Source of the DNA: Candidatus Poseidoniales archaeon
GTDB taxonomy: Archaea; Thermoplasmatota; Poseidoniia; MGIII; CG-Epi1
Direction: 5' to 3'
Assembly (NCBI GenBank): GCA_045567855.1
Contig: JBJLCC010000037.1
Coordinates: forward strand, 34,625-98,624
DNA: 64,000 bases
The position numbers and the translations under genes were made by a program. Every line of letters starts with the position of its first letter. Positions within the stretch are counted from its first letter, which is position 1. This document shows positions 43,225 to 53,536 of this stretch, piece after piece. The notes under the pieces are model-generated. The model was not told the origin of the DNA. It made no database searches and saw nothing but the letters and a program-made list of their open reading frames with translations.

Positions 43225-43993
43225 GGACTTAGTTCTTCCAAGCACTTTTACTATTTTGTTTATAGTAATCGTGAGTTTTTCGCTATCTTTTTATGCGAAT
43301 TTTTCTAAAGTTCTTGATAATGGAGGTTCAGTTCTTGCATTTTTAATCTGCTTTGTATCTGGGGTCTTTGGACATTGGAGTTGGCTCTTAATTATTCTAC
43401 TTTTTGTTGGAAGTTCTTTTTTAGCAACAAGATTTGCTATAGTTTACAAAAAAGCTTTGGGTGTGGAAGAAAGCGATGAAGGTACCCGTGGAGGCTCAAA
43501 TGTAATTTCAAATGGAATATTACCACCTCTCATCGCCTTAACATACAGTTTTGGACTTCTCTCGCCTGAACAAGCTTTGGTGGCTTTCACAACTTCCATG
43601 GCGGCTGCAAGTGCAGACACTATGGCTAGTGAAATAGGTGTCCTTTCTCCATCTCCAGTTTTGATTACCAATCCTAGGAAAGTGGTTGAGCCTGGAGTTG
43701 ACGGAGGCATATCTTTTGAAGGCTTAACTGCATCTTTTCTATCGGCGGTGTCAATTTCTATGCTAGCTTATGCTGGTTTTCTTGTGTTAATTGAAGAAAA
43801 GCACGCCTTTTCTGCCTCAATTGAGTTAAATTATCTTTTTATCTCGGTATTTTTTGGTTTTTTGGGCAGTGTAATCGATTCTCTTCTTGGAGCAACGCTT
43901 CAGAATAGAGGGATTTTAACGAACAATGGTGTCAATTTAGTTTCAATTTCAGTCTCAGTAATGTTATCACTGTCTTTTTTAGAAGTTCTTTAG
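43217..43993 (+). CDS. DUF92 / TMEM19 family membrane protein
   Basis: RGGSNV.SNG, AAASADTMASEIG, PGVDGGIS, DSLLGATLQ, N..VN. Confidence 0.9.
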   Translation: MFEDLVLPSTFTILFIVIVSFSLSFYANFSKVLDNGGSVLAFLICFVSGVFGHWSWLLIILLFVGSSFLATRFAIVYKKALGVEESDEGTRGGSNVISNGILPPLIALTYSFGLLSPEQALVAFTTSMAAASADTMASEIGVLSPSPVLITNPRKVVEPGVDGGISFEGLTASFLSAVSISMLAYAGFLVLIEEKHAFSASIELNYLFISVFFGFLGSVIDSLLGATLQNRGILTNNGVNLVSISVSVMLSLSFLEVL

Positions 43994-44045
43994 TTTTTTT
44001 GAACGTATTTTTATATATTGTCTCTTAACTCGTTTGAAGATATAA

Positions 44046-45692
44046 ATGTTACCAGGAAATTCACCAGTGGTTATTTTGAAAGAAGGAACTCAAAGAGACA
44101 GTGGAAAAAAAGCCACACATAATAATATTGCAGCTGCTAAAGCTATTGCTGAAGCAGTCCGATCTACACTAGGCCCTAAGGGCATGGACAAAATGCTTGT
44201 TGATTCTATGGGAGATGTGATAATAACTAATGATGGAGTCACTATTTTGAAAGAGGTTGAAGTTCAGCACCCTGCTGCTAAAATGATTGTTGAGATTGCT
44301 AAAACACAAGACTCTGAGTGTGGAGATGGAACAACTACCGCAGTTATTCTTGCAGGTGAACTTTTGAAAAACGCTGAAGAATTGATGGATAAGGGAGTTC
44401 ATCCAACGGCTATTTCTAATGGGTATCGAAGAGCCTCAAATGAATCGTTAGAGCTTCTTGACAAAATTTCCAGAAAAGTTAGCCGTTCCGATGTTAAGAC
44501 ATTGAAATCTATTGCTATAACTTCAATGACTGGTAAGTCCTCTGAAGCTAACGCAGAATTCTTGGCAGATTTAACTGTAAACTCTATTAAGGCTGTCGCA
44601 GAGAAAAAAGAAAAGAATAGTTTTGAGGTGGATAGGTCTAATATTAAAATTCAGAAAAAGCAAGGAGGTTCTATTGCAGATACTGAGCAAGTTTCAGGTA
44701 TAATAATGGACAAAGAGCCAGTTCATACAGATATGCCTAGAAATGTTAAGAAAGCAAAAGTAGCTTTAATTGATGCACCTCTCGAAATTAAAAAGACTGA
44801 AATTGAATCTAAAATTCAAATAAACGATCCTTCTCAGATTCAGGCTTTTTTAGATCAGGAAGAATCTACTATTAAGAAAATGGTTGATACTATTTCAAAA
44901 TCAGGCGCAACTGTTTTGATTTGTCAAAAGGGCATTGACGATCTGGCTCAACATTTCCTTGCTAAAAATAATATCATGGCTATTAGACGTGCTAAGAAAT
45001 CTGATATTGATGCATTGTCTAAGGCTACGGGTGGCAGAGTCATATCTAATATTGATTCAATGAGTAAGAAAGATCTCGGTTTTGCAGGTTTGGTTGAAGT
45101 TAGGAAGATTGGTGATGACGATATGACCTTTGTAACTGATTGTAAAAATCCAAAAGCAGTCAGTATTTTGGTTAGAGCAGGAAGCGAGCACGTAGCTGAT
45201 GAAATTGAGAGAAATCTTGACGATGCAATTGGTGTAGTTTCTTTAGTCTTTAAGGACGGCAAAATTGTGACTGGAGGGGGAGCCGCAGAAATTGAGTTGG
45301 CTTTGAAGTTGAGAAAGTTTGCTCCAAGAGTCGGTGGTCGAGAGCAAATGGCTATCGAAGCTTTTGCCAATGCTATTGAGGTTGTTCCAAGTACCTTGGC
45401 TGAAAATGCAGGATTGGACGTAATTGATACATTAATGGGATTGCGAAAATCACATACAAAAAAAGGGCGTAATCAACATGCTGGTCTGGATGCATACTCA
45501 GGAAAAGTTGTCAATATGCAATCAAGAAACGTTGTTGAACCTTTAAGAGTTAAGACACAAGCTGTAAGCAGCGCTACAGATGTAGCTACAATGATTTTGA
45601 GAATTGATGATGTTATTGCGTCAAAGCAACCTGAAGGTCCTGAACCTGATGGTAGCGATGGCATGGGCGGAATGGGCCCAGGCATGATGTAA
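44046..45692 (+). CDS. ths: Thermosome (group II chaperonin) subunit
   Basis: [30 protein letters not shown]-rich tail. Confidence 0.97.
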   Translation: MLPGNSPVVILKEGTQRDSGKKATHNNIAAAKAIAEAVRSTLGPKGMDKMLVDSMGDVIITNDGVTILKEVEVQHPAAKMIVEIAKTQDSECGDGTTTAVILAGELLKNAEELMDKGVHPTAISNGYRRASNESLELLDKISRKVSRSDVKTLKSIAITSMTGKSSEANAEFLADLTVNSIKAVAEKKEKNSFEVDRSNIKIQKKQGGSIADTEQVSGIIMDKEPVHTDMPRNVKKAKVALIDAPLEIKKTEIESKIQINDPSQIQAFLDQEESTIKKMVDTISKSGATVLICQKGIDDLAQHFLAKNNIMAIRRAKKSDIDALSKATGGRVISNIDSMSKKDLGFAGLVEVRKIGDDDMTFVTDCKNPKAVSILVRAGSEHVADEIERNLDDAIGVVSLVFKDGKIVTGGGAAEIELALKLRKFAPRVGGREQMAIEAFANAIEVVPSTLAENAGLDVIDTLMGLRKSHTKKGRNQHAGLDAYSGKVVNMQSRNVVEPLRVKTQAVSSATDVATMILRIDDVIASKQPEGPEPDGSDGMGGMGPGMM

Positions 45693-45694
45693 AA

Positions 45695-48364
45695 TTAGTT
45701 ACGTGATGGTTCAGGTGCGTCTGGATTCACATTCAGATTTTTCAAAGCTTTTTCAGCTTTGCTTTTACTTATTTTTCCTTCCCGTAGAAGTGAACTTATT
45801 GCAGCGGCAGCAATATATTGATCATCGATTTCAAAATATTTCCTCAAATTTTCTCTAGTATCGCTTCTTCCAAAACCATCAGTTCCAAGTGTTGTATATT
45901 TTCCAGGAATCCAACTTCTTATCATGTCCGGCACTGCTTTCATGTGGTCAGTAGCTGCAACAGTAGTCATTTCCTTGTTGTTCATAATTTTACTTATGTA
46001 AGGTATTTTAGCCTTTTTCATTGGATTTAAATTATTCCATCTTTCACATTCAATTGCTTCTCTTCGGAGACCTCCAAAACTTGTAGCACTCCATACATCA
46101 CAATTTATTCCTAAATCGTTCAATATTTTCTCAGCTTTCAAAACTTGCATCATAATAGGTCCACTTCCTATCAGCCTTACTTGTGCCCTTGAAGAGCCCT
46201 TAAATTTGTATATTCCTTTCAAAACACCTTCTTCACAATTTTTTGGGATAGCTGGCATCTGGTAATTCTCATTGTAGAGTGTTAAATAGTAAAAAATATC
46301 TTCATTATTATCATACATTCTTCTTAGACCTTCTTTAACTATTATTCCAATCTCGTAAGCGAATGCTGCGTCATATGACAGACAGTTGGGAACTGTGGTG
46401 GATGTTAGAAGACTGTGTCCATCTTGATGCTGAAGTCCCTCACCATTTAGCGTCGTCCTTCCTGCCGTAGCTCCCAATAAAAATCCTTTAGCTCTAGAAT
46501 CTGCAGCACACCATATTTGATCACCAACTCTTTGAAATCCAAACATTGAGTAGTAAATGTAGAATGGTATAGTAGGTTTACCTACTGTTGAATAAGCCAT
46601 ACCTGCGGCAGTAAAGCTACTCATTGCACCAGCTTCAGATATTCCTTCTTCCAAAATTTGGCCGCTTTCAGATTCTTTATAGCTCAATAGTAATTCCGAA
46701 TCAACGGGAGTGTAAATTTGGCCTTGTGCATTGTATATTTTGAATTCTGTAAACAAAGCTTCCATTCCAAATGTTCTGGCCTCGTCAGGTACTATTGGAA
46801 CTATCAGGTTCCCAATCTTGTCATCTTTCATAAGGTTTCTAAGTAACCTTACAAATGCCATCGTGGTAGAAACCTCTTGTTCTTTTGGCGTTCCCTTATC
46901 AAATTCAGTAAAAGCGCTATCTTTCGGCATATGAAATCCACTGTATGTACTTTTTCTTGTTGGTAAATATCCGCCTAGTGCGTTCCGCCTATTTCTGAGG
47001 TATTTAATTTCTTCACTGTCAGAAGATGGTTTGTAGTAAGGCATTTCTTCAAGTTCAGAGTCTGTAAATGGTATCTCTAACAAATCTCTAAAATATGCCC
47101 AGTCAGACTTTTCCAGTGATTTCTTTTGATGTGTCATGTTACGCGCTTCAAATCCTTCCCCCAGAGCCCAACCTTTCACGGTTTTAGCCAAAATTACTGA
47201 AGGCTGTCCAATGTGTTTTGTAGCTTCATTATAAGCTGAGTATAGTTTGACTGAATCGTGGCCTCCTCTTCTTAATTTAGTTAGTGCTTTATCGTCTAAA
47301 TGTTTAACTAAGTTTCTTAAGTCTTCCTCTGGCCCAAAGAATTTTTCTCTTATGTAATCTCCAGTAGATGCGGCTAAATTTTGATAATCTCCATCTACAG
47401 TACTTTCCATTTTGCGCAGTAAATGTCCCATGTCATCTTTCTGCAACAGTTCATCCCAGTCTCTACCCCATAGAACTTTAAGTACATTCCAGCCCGAACC
47501 TCTAAAGATTGCCTCAAGCTCTTGAACAATTTTCCCATTTCCCCTTACGGGACCATCTAATCTTTGTAGGTTACAATTGATTACAAAAGTCAAATTATCT
47601 AATTTCTCTCTGTGAGCTAAATGTAACGCATGTAATGTTTCCGGTTCATCACACTCACCATCACCTAAGAAAGCCCATACTCTACTTTTAGAGGTGTCGG
47701 CAATTCCCCTCTCTTGTAAATAGCGGAGAAATCTTGCATGGTAAATAGCATTTGTAGGTCCAAGGCCCATTGAGACCGTAGGAAATTCCCAAAAGTCAGG
47801 CATCAATCTTGGATGAGGATAACTAGATAATCCCTCAGAAAAGGCTTCTCTTCTAAAGTGATTAAGTTGTGCATTTGTTAGTCTTCCCTCTAAAAAAGCT
47901 CTAGAATATATTCCTGGTGATGAATGGCCTTGATAGTAAATGAAATCTCCAATTCCATTTTCTTTTCCCTTAAAAAAGTGGTTAAATCCTACCTCATACA
48001 AACTTGCGGCAGATGCATACGTAGAGATGTGGCCTCCAAGCCCAGCAAAATTTTTATTGGCTTTTGAAACCATCATTGCTGCGTTCCATCTGATAATTCT
48101 TCTTATTTTCTTCTCAATAGCTTCATCACCAGGATATTCTGATTCGGATTCAGGAGGTATAGTATTAACATATGGACTATTTGTTAACAAAGGTATTGAG
48201 ATATTTCTCGTTCTAGCCTCTCTTATTAATGTTTGTAAAAGATATCTTGCTCTTTCCTCACCTTTGAGGTCAATTATTGCGGCAATGGACTCTACCCATT
48301 CTTCAGTTTCCTGTGGGTCTCTATCCGGTAACTGTTGCCGATATCCTTTTTCCATTATTGTCAC
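45695..48364 (-). CDS. aceE: Pyruvate dehydrogenase E1, homodimeric type
   Basis: DPQETEEW, GGHIS, SYPHP, GDGE.DEPE, NLQRLDGPV, GEGLQHQD, GTDGFGRSD. Start may be ATG 48355. Confidence 0.95.
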   Translation of the reverse strand: MTIMEKGYRQQLPDRDPQETEEWVESIAAIIDLKGEERARYLLQTLIREARTRNISIPLLTNSPYVNTIPPESESEYPGDEAIEKKIRRIIRWNAAMMVSKANKNFAGLGGHISTYASAASLYEVGFNHFFKGKENGIGDFIYYQGHSSPGIYSRAFLEGRLTNAQLNHFRREAFSEGLSSYPHPRLMPDFWEFPTVSMGLGPTNAIYHARFLRYLQERGIADTSKSRVWAFLGDGECDEPETLHALHLAHREKLDNLTFVINCNLQRLDGPVRGNGKIVQELEAIFRGSGWNVLKVLWGRDWDELLQKDDMGHLLRKMESTVDGDYQNLAASTGDYIREKFFGPEEDLRNLVKHLDDKALTKLRRGGHDSVKLYSAYNEATKHIGQPSVILAKTVKGWALGEGFEARNMTHQKKSLEKSDWAYFRDLLEIPFTDSELEEMPYYKPSSDSEEIKYLRNRRNALGGYLPTRKSTYSGFHMPKDSAFTEFDKGTPKEQEVSTTMAFVRLLRNLMKDDKIGNLIVPIVPDEARTFGMEALFTEFKIYNAQGQIYTPVDSELLLSYKESESGQILEEGISEAGAMSSFTAAGMAYSTVGKPTIPFYIYYSMFGFQRVGDQIWCAADSRAKGFLLGATAGRTTLNGEGLQHQDGHSLLTSTTVPNCLSYDAAFAYEIGIIVKEGLRRMYDNNEDIFYYLTLYNENYQMPAIPKNCEEGVLKGIYKFKGSSRAQVRLIGSGPIMMQVLKAEKILNDLGINCDVWSATSFGGLRREAIECERWNNLNPMKKAKIPYISKIMNNKEMTTVAATDHMKAVPDMIRSWIPGKYTTLGTDGFGRSDTRENLRKYFEIDDQYIAAAAISSLLREGKISKSKAEKALKNLNVNPDAPEPSRN

Positions 48365-49440
48365 TCCTGCAGCATGTTTGTATTGATGTGTTTATTTAAC
48401 TCTTTTTTATCTCTTCCATTTATATTTTGAACATAGGACAGCAATAGTGGAAAATAAACAGAAGCTTCTCCCCAAATCATTACTTCATCCATTTGGCTGT
48501 CATTTTTGCCCCATGATATTGCCTCTTTTAGTGTAGATCCAGACAAACCTCCATCTCTGGAATCTGCAGTACTTATTTGAATTCCAAACTTGTGCTTCCT
48601 AACATTAAAACCAAGCATTTCAGCCATTACAACAGAGTCCTGTGAATAATTTTTAGGTACCCCTCCCCCAACTATAATCAATCCCGAATTTCCAGAAACT
48701 TTTTTCATCATTGCAATCTCTCTCAAATCTTTAATCGAATCAATACTCATACTGTCTTCCTTTTCAACTTGATTCATTGCAAGGCCAATTCCTATCGAGC
48801 AATCATTTAAAGCTGGAATAAATATTGGAACATTCATCTCATATGCCGCTTGCATTACACTGTCTTGTGACTCTTTAGCTTCAGACAACCATTGACCACA
48901 AACATTCATAAATTCTCTACTTGAATAGTTTCCGGGTTGCATTTCTTTTGCAATTTTCTTATAAGTTAAATCTACGTGCTGTAGCTCTAGTTCATCGAGA
49001 ACATGGTCGTATACTCTGTCAATCATTAGATTTTGTAGTGTTTTGTCTTCAACTTCTTCATTTAGAACATAATGTTTGTATCCTAGTGCTTCAAGCATAT
49101 CTTGCTCAAACAAAGCTCCGGTGCAAACTAAGCAATCTACTAAATTATTCCTTACCGAATCAATCACTAGTTGCCGCAATCCAGCACTAAATAGGCTTCC
49201 AGCTAGAGACCATATTATGGTTGTTTTTGTTTCAAGTTCTGTTTTGTAAAGTTTTGCTCCAGTTCCTATTTGGCGTGCTTGAAAACTACTTTTGCTAAAA
49301 GCTTCTATCAATTGCGAAGAATATTTTAAATCGTCGAAAGTAATGTGCTCTACTTCTTTACTTAGTATCCTATTCCTTCGTGATATTTGCTTACTTGTGA
49401 ATTGGTAATTTGGCTTCTCAGGAAAAACGTTCTTTGTCAT
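48361..49440 (-). CDS. Deoxyhypusine synthase family protein (SpeY-like)
   Basis: SFQAR, TGA..E.D, IDRVYD, GGGVPKN, DGGLSGSTLKEAISWGK. Confidence 0.88.
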   Translation of the reverse strand: MTKNVFPEKPNYQFTSKQISRRNRILSKEVEHITFDDLKYSSQLIEAFSKSSFQARQIGTGAKLYKTELETKTTIIWSLAGSLFSAGLRQLVIDSVRNNLVDCLVCTGALFEQDMLEALGYKHYVLNEEVEDKTLQNLMIDRVYDHVLDELELQHVDLTYKKIAKEMQPGNYSSREFMNVCGQWLSEAKESQDSVMQAAYEMNVPIFIPALNDCSIGIGLAMNQVEKEDSMSIDSIKDLREIAMMKKVSGNSGLIIVGGGVPKNYSQDSVVMAEMLGFNVRKHKFGIQISTADSRDGGLSGSTLKEAISWGKNDSQMDEVMIWGEASVYFPLLLSYVQNINGRDKKELNKHINTNMLQE

Positions 49441-49441
49441 A

Positions 49442-49798
49442 TTAATTCTCCATTACCATTAGTTTATTCTTTTCTCTAATCCTAATTGCATTAATCCCTT
49501 TTGCTTTTAGGCTTAGTAAAATCTCTTTATCATTTGTGGCAATTAAGTATCCTTTTTCTGCAGATTTTACTAGCAAATCATCAGCGTATCCTGTCCCTAT
49601 GTCTATTGTCTTCATTTTTGAGCAAAAGGCTAATGCAGCTGTACTCTTTTTAATCTTCATTTTTTTTAATTCATCAAGGACACATGTTGCTATTCTTATT
49701 TCATGGTTTGGAGCAACGAGAGCAATTGCCTCTCTAAAGTCGACGCCTCCACTAAATGTCCATAAAATTATGTTTGTATCTGGTAAAACTATATTCAT
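49442..49798 (-). CDS. PIN-domain protein (Fcf1/Utp24-like)
   Basis: DTN, V.DEL, ADD, ATNDKE; conserved position next to aIF2-gamma. Confidence 0.85.
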   Translation of the reverse strand: MNIVLPDTNIILWTFSGGVDFREAIALVAPNHEIRIATCVLDELKKMKIKKSTAALAFCSKMKTIDIGTGYADDLLVKSAEKGYLIATNDKEILLSLKAKGINAIRIREKNKLMVMEN

Positions 49799-51015
49799 TA
49801 TTCAATAATACCATAGCCTATTAGGTGCCATTTACCGTCAGCTCTTCTGCTTAGGGCAATTCTTTGGCCAACAGGTGCACAAACAGGTATTGTTAGTTTG
49901 ATATCTACTATATTATCCTTTACTGTAACAGGGACTCCAACAGTAGTGCGAGTGCCTACGGTAATCATCAGTGGTTCTTTTGTTTTTATTTCATCCATGT
50001 CCTTGACTTTTTTAGTTCCGACAACTCTCTCTAACAAGGTAGTTTTGACATTGAATCTTTCCCAAACAGGAGGTAAAGTTCCAGGCTTACCTATAACATT
50101 GCCAAGTAGTGAATCTGATTTAGTAATCGAGGGGTCAAGGCTGGTTCCGATAGCTACGAGTCCACCGGGTTTGATTTCTTTCCTTGAAGTACCGCTGTGC
50201 AGTGTGGTGATTTTAGTTTTTATGGGTTGCAATCCTTTTTTGGTATTTCTTCCAGGTCTTATTTCTATACTATCTCCTATCTTAATCTTACCTTTTTTAA
50301 TTGTTCCTCCTAAAATCCCACCTTTAATATTTTTAGGGATTGTTCCAGGTTTATTAATATCAAATGAACGTGCAATATCCATTTGAAAGTCTTCGTTTGC
50401 ATTTTTCTCGGGTGTTGGGAACAAATTTTCGATTACTTCAATAAGTAAATCAATATTTTTGTTATGATGTGCAGATACAGGAACTATAGGCGCATCCTGA
50501 AGGCGTGATCCTTCAAGAAAATTCTTAATTTCTTTGTATGATTCAAGGGCCCTTTCTCTTGTGCAAATATCGATTTTACTCTGAACTACTATAAATTTAT
50601 CAAAGCCCATAATCTCTAAGGCAGATAAGTGCTCGCGAGTCTGTGGTTGCGGACATGTTTCATTTGCAGCAATAATCAAGATTGCAGCATCCATTATCGC
50701 AGCTCCGCTAAGCATTACTGCCATCAGGGTTTCATGGCCCGGTGCATCAACGAAACTTACAGTTCTTAGATGCTCATTCTTAGAATCACTGTAGTTTTTT
50801 AGATTCGGCTCAGATGTGAAAGTAGTAATTTTTTTACTAGTTACTTTGTAAAAATCAGCATCAGCGTATCCTAATTTAATAGATATTCCTCTTTTAAGTT
50901 CTTCACTATGTTGGTCAGTCCATTTTCCAGTCAGTGCTTGGGTTAGTGTTGTCTTACCGTGATCTACATGCCCTACCATTCCGATATTAATTTCGGCTTG
51001 GGGGGCAGCACTCAA
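49798..51015 (-). CDS. eif2g: Translation initiation factor aIF2 gamma subunit
   Basis: GHVDHGKTT, RGISIKLGYA, DAPGHE, PQPQT.EH, RSFDINKPG. Confidence 0.97.
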   Translation of the reverse strand: MSAAPQAEINIGMVGHVDHGKTTLTQALTGKWTDQHSEELKRGISIKLGYADADFYKVTSKKITTFTSEPNLKNYSDSKNEHLRTVSFVDAPGHETLMAVMLSGAAIMDAAILIIAANETCPQPQTREHLSALEIMGFDKFIVVQSKIDICTRERALESYKEIKNFLEGSRLQDAPIVPVSAHHNKNIDLLIEVIENLFPTPEKNANEDFQMDIARSFDINKPGTIPKNIKGGILGGTIKKGKIKIGDSIEIRPGRNTKKGLQPIKTKITTLHSGTSRKEIKPGGLVAIGTSLDPSITKSDSLLGNVIGKPGTLPPVWERFNVKTTLLERVVGTKKVKDMDEIKTKEPLMITVGTRTTVGVPVTVKDNIVDIKLTIPVCAPVGQRIALSRRADGKWHLIGYGIIE

Positions 51016-51016
51016 T

Positions 51017-51406
51017 TTAAGCCTCCTCGGGCTTTAGTAACTCCTCTATAGATTTAGGACCATATTCAATAACCTTAAGATTAATCTGTGAAACTTCACT
51101 GCTCAGATTTCTTCCTCTGATTAACTTTCGGCGACGTTGTCCGTCTTTAGATGGATTAAATCCTACGGATTTAGTCATTAGAATTTTCCTTCTCTGGTTT
51201 CCACCTATATCTCCTCTAAGTGGGACGCCGGAATTATCTGATCCTCCGGTTATTTTTAGACGATAACCTGGTAGATCCAAGAATATTCCATCAATTTCTT
51301 CACCAACAGCTTTTCCAACAAGAGCGTTGGATTTATCTTCGGCAAGGACTTTTTGATAAGCTTTCTTTTCTTTCGGGTCGGCTATTACTGTTTTGAATTC
51401 TGCCAT
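51017..51406 (-). CDS. rps6e: 30S ribosomal protein S6e
   Basis: L.ITGGSD.SG.P, G.RRRK..RG, QINLK. Confidence 0.96.
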   Translation of the reverse strand: MAEFKTVIADPKEKKAYQKVLAEDKSNALVGKAVGEEIDGIFLDLPGYRLKITGGSDNSGVPLRGDIGGNQRRKILMTKSVGFNPSKDGQRRRKLIRGRNLSSEVSQINLKVIEYGPKSIEELLKPEEA

Positions 51407-51496
51407 TTAACTCCTCAGTAGATTGACGCACAAACGCTAATATTTAAAGAATCGTCTCGAAGTAACATTAATATACTAACCAACTGCATACAATTA

Positions 51497-52594
51497 ATGA
51501 GTCTACTCGTTATTGCAATAGATAGAGACAATGATTTGGGTAGAAAAACGGGTATCCGGAGCCCAGTCTTAGGACGTGAAGCTAACATCCGGGCTAGTTT
51601 GGAGTTAGGTCTTTCAGATCCAGAAGAAAGCGACACTAATACGATGCTTGCAGCCATAAAAACATATGATCAATTATTGGAAAAGGGAAAGAAAGTTGAG
51701 GTTGTTACAATATGTGGCGACGTCAGAGTTGGAACTAAATCAGATATGAAAATAGCCAATACACTGGATCAAGTTATCTCGAAAACTGGAGCAACAAGAG
51801 CAATACTTGTTAGTGATGGGGCTGAAGACAGAGAATTGGAGCCAATTATTCGTTCAAGATTGAGAATAGATTCGACAAGGATGGTTGTTGTTCAGCAATC
51901 CAGACCGATTGAAGATACACTTTACACCATAATTCACAAGATGGAAGATCCAAAAATCCAGCGTCAGTTTATTCTTCCTATGGCCTTGATTGCATTAGCT
52001 TGGGGATTGGCAAGTCTTTTGGGCTCATCAGAGATAGCTTCCGGGGCAATATGGGTAATACTTGGTGGTTATTTGTTGGTCAAAGTTGCAGGTTGGGAAG
52101 AAGCTATAAAGAAATTTTATACTGACTTGTTGACGGTTACAAGTGAACGAGTCCCCCTCTATTCTTACGCTTGGTTAATTGCAGCTTTAATGATGATTGT
52201 CGGGCTCACACAGGGTCTTGATCAGATGCAGGAATCTGCTAATTCAGGTGGTGGAATCTTAGGTATGGTTTTGGCCTTTCTTTCCTTGGATGGCATTCTT
52301 TTATTATTTTTATTTGCCTTAGTGATTATTGAAGTCGCACGAACAATTGACACCTATTTGAGAGATGGCATTTTCAATATTAATATTGTGAGATTCATTT
52401 TCACCGTAGCAAGTATGGGTCTTATTTTGGCTGGTATCGTTGAGATTGTTGATGACATTTTTGTTAAAGACAATTTCAATTCTGAAAATGTAACATATAT
52501 TCTTACAGGTATAATATTACAATTCATAGGTTTGTTAGTACACGATAGTATCCGCGGCAGGGTAGATGATAATTCTTCAGCTACTGAAGAATAG
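51497..52594 (+). CDS. DUF373 family membrane protein
   Basis: DRDNDLG.K, DPEESD.N, VSDGAED, VVQQS; C-terminal TMs. Confidence 0.9.
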   Translation: MSLLVIAIDRDNDLGRKTGIRSPVLGREANIRASLELGLSDPEESDTNTMLAAIKTYDQLLEKGKKVEVVTICGDVRVGTKSDMKIANTLDQVISKTGATRAILVSDGAEDRELEPIIRSRLRIDSTRMVVVQQSRPIEDTLYTIIHKMEDPKIQRQFILPMALIALAWGLASLLGSSEIASGAIWVILGGYLLVKVAGWEEAIKKFYTDLLTVTSERVPLYSYAWLIAALMMIVGLTQGLDQMQESANSGGGILGMVLAFLSLDGILLLFLFALVIIEVARTIDTYLRDGIFNINIVRFIFTVASMGLILAGIVEIVDDIFVKDNFNSENVTYILTGIILQFIGLLVHDSIRGRVDDNSSATEE

Positions 52595-52596
52595 TT

Positions 52597-53112
52597 ATGC
52601 CAAATTACGAAGTATTGAGAATAGGACATAGACCGGAAAGAGATAAGAGAATAACAACGCATGTAGCTTTGACTGCAAGAGCTTTTGGTGCATCAAAGAT
52701 ATATCTTTCAAATCCAGATAGTCGAGTGGTTAGTTCAGTTGAAGAAGTAGTCAAAAAATTTGGAGGAAATTTCTCTATTGTTCCAATCTCTAATCCAAAA
52801 GGTCTTGTTAAGTCTTCTACCTCTCAGATAATTCATTTAACTATGTTTGGTTTACCAATTGATGAAAAAATAAAGGAAATTGGTAACAATGATAAAGATG
52901 TGCTATTCATTGTAGGAGCTGAAAAGGTTCCTGCATGGGTTTTTGAGTATTCAGACTATAATATTTCCATTGGCAATCAGCCCCATTCAGAAGTAGCAGC
53001 CCTAGCAATTGCAATTAATAGCTTAACCTCCGGATCATACAATAAAGAATTTAAGGGTAAACTTTCAGTTGTTCCTTCTGCCACACATAGAGAAATGAAA
53101 GGATCGGGTTAA
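52597..53112 (+). CDS. trm56: tRNA (cytidine(56)-2'-O)-methyltransferase aTrm56
   Basis: LRIGHRPERDKRITTHVALTARAFGA, HLTM.G, GAEKVP, NQPHSEVAALA. Confidence 0.95.
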   Translation: MPNYEVLRIGHRPERDKRITTHVALTARAFGASKIYLSNPDSRVVSSVEEVVKKFGGNFSIVPISNPKGLVKSSTSQIIHLTMFGLPIDEKIKEIGNNDKDVLFIVGAEKVPAWVFEYSDYNISIGNQPHSEVAALAIAINSLTSGSYNKEFKGKLSVVPSATHREMKGSG

Positions 53113-53507
53113 GGTTCGGCTTCTCCTGATTTTAACATAGTTATATCAATAAAAGACATTTTTATTTTTCCCTTACGATCTTTACGAGGAACCTCTTCAG
53201 TCCCGATTTCGACGTTGTGAACGTGGACTTCAACTTCTTGTTTGAAACGGTTTTTAAATTGCTCGGCTACGTTAACTGCATTCGAAATTGATTTTCCTCT
53301 AGCTTTTAGGTGAACACTTTCGATTTCATCTCTACTAAAATATGACAGCATGTCTGGGAAATAGAGGAAAGGATCATCATGGCCTACAAAAATAGTTCCC
53401 GAATTTCCGTCTAGCTTTTTATTTATTCTAAATCTTCTTTTCGGCTTTGAACTCTTATTTCCTTTTTTCATCTTTATATTATTGTTATTATCTTTCTTTT
53501 CAGCCAT
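53109..53507 (-). CDS. Divergent Alba DNA/RNA-binding protein with basic N-terminal extension
   Basis: LKARGKSISNAVNVAE..K.RF, V.IGTEE, S.IDI.M. Confidence 0.85.
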   Translation of the reverse strand: MAEKKDNNNNIKMKKGNKSSKPKRRFRINKKLDGNSGTIFVGHDDPFLYFPDMLSYFSRDEIESVHLKARGKSISNAVNVAEQFKNRFKQEVEVHVHNVEIGTEEVPRKDRKGKIKMSFIDITMLKSGEAEP

Positions 53508-53536
53508 ATAATAATATTTGATGTATCTATATATTG

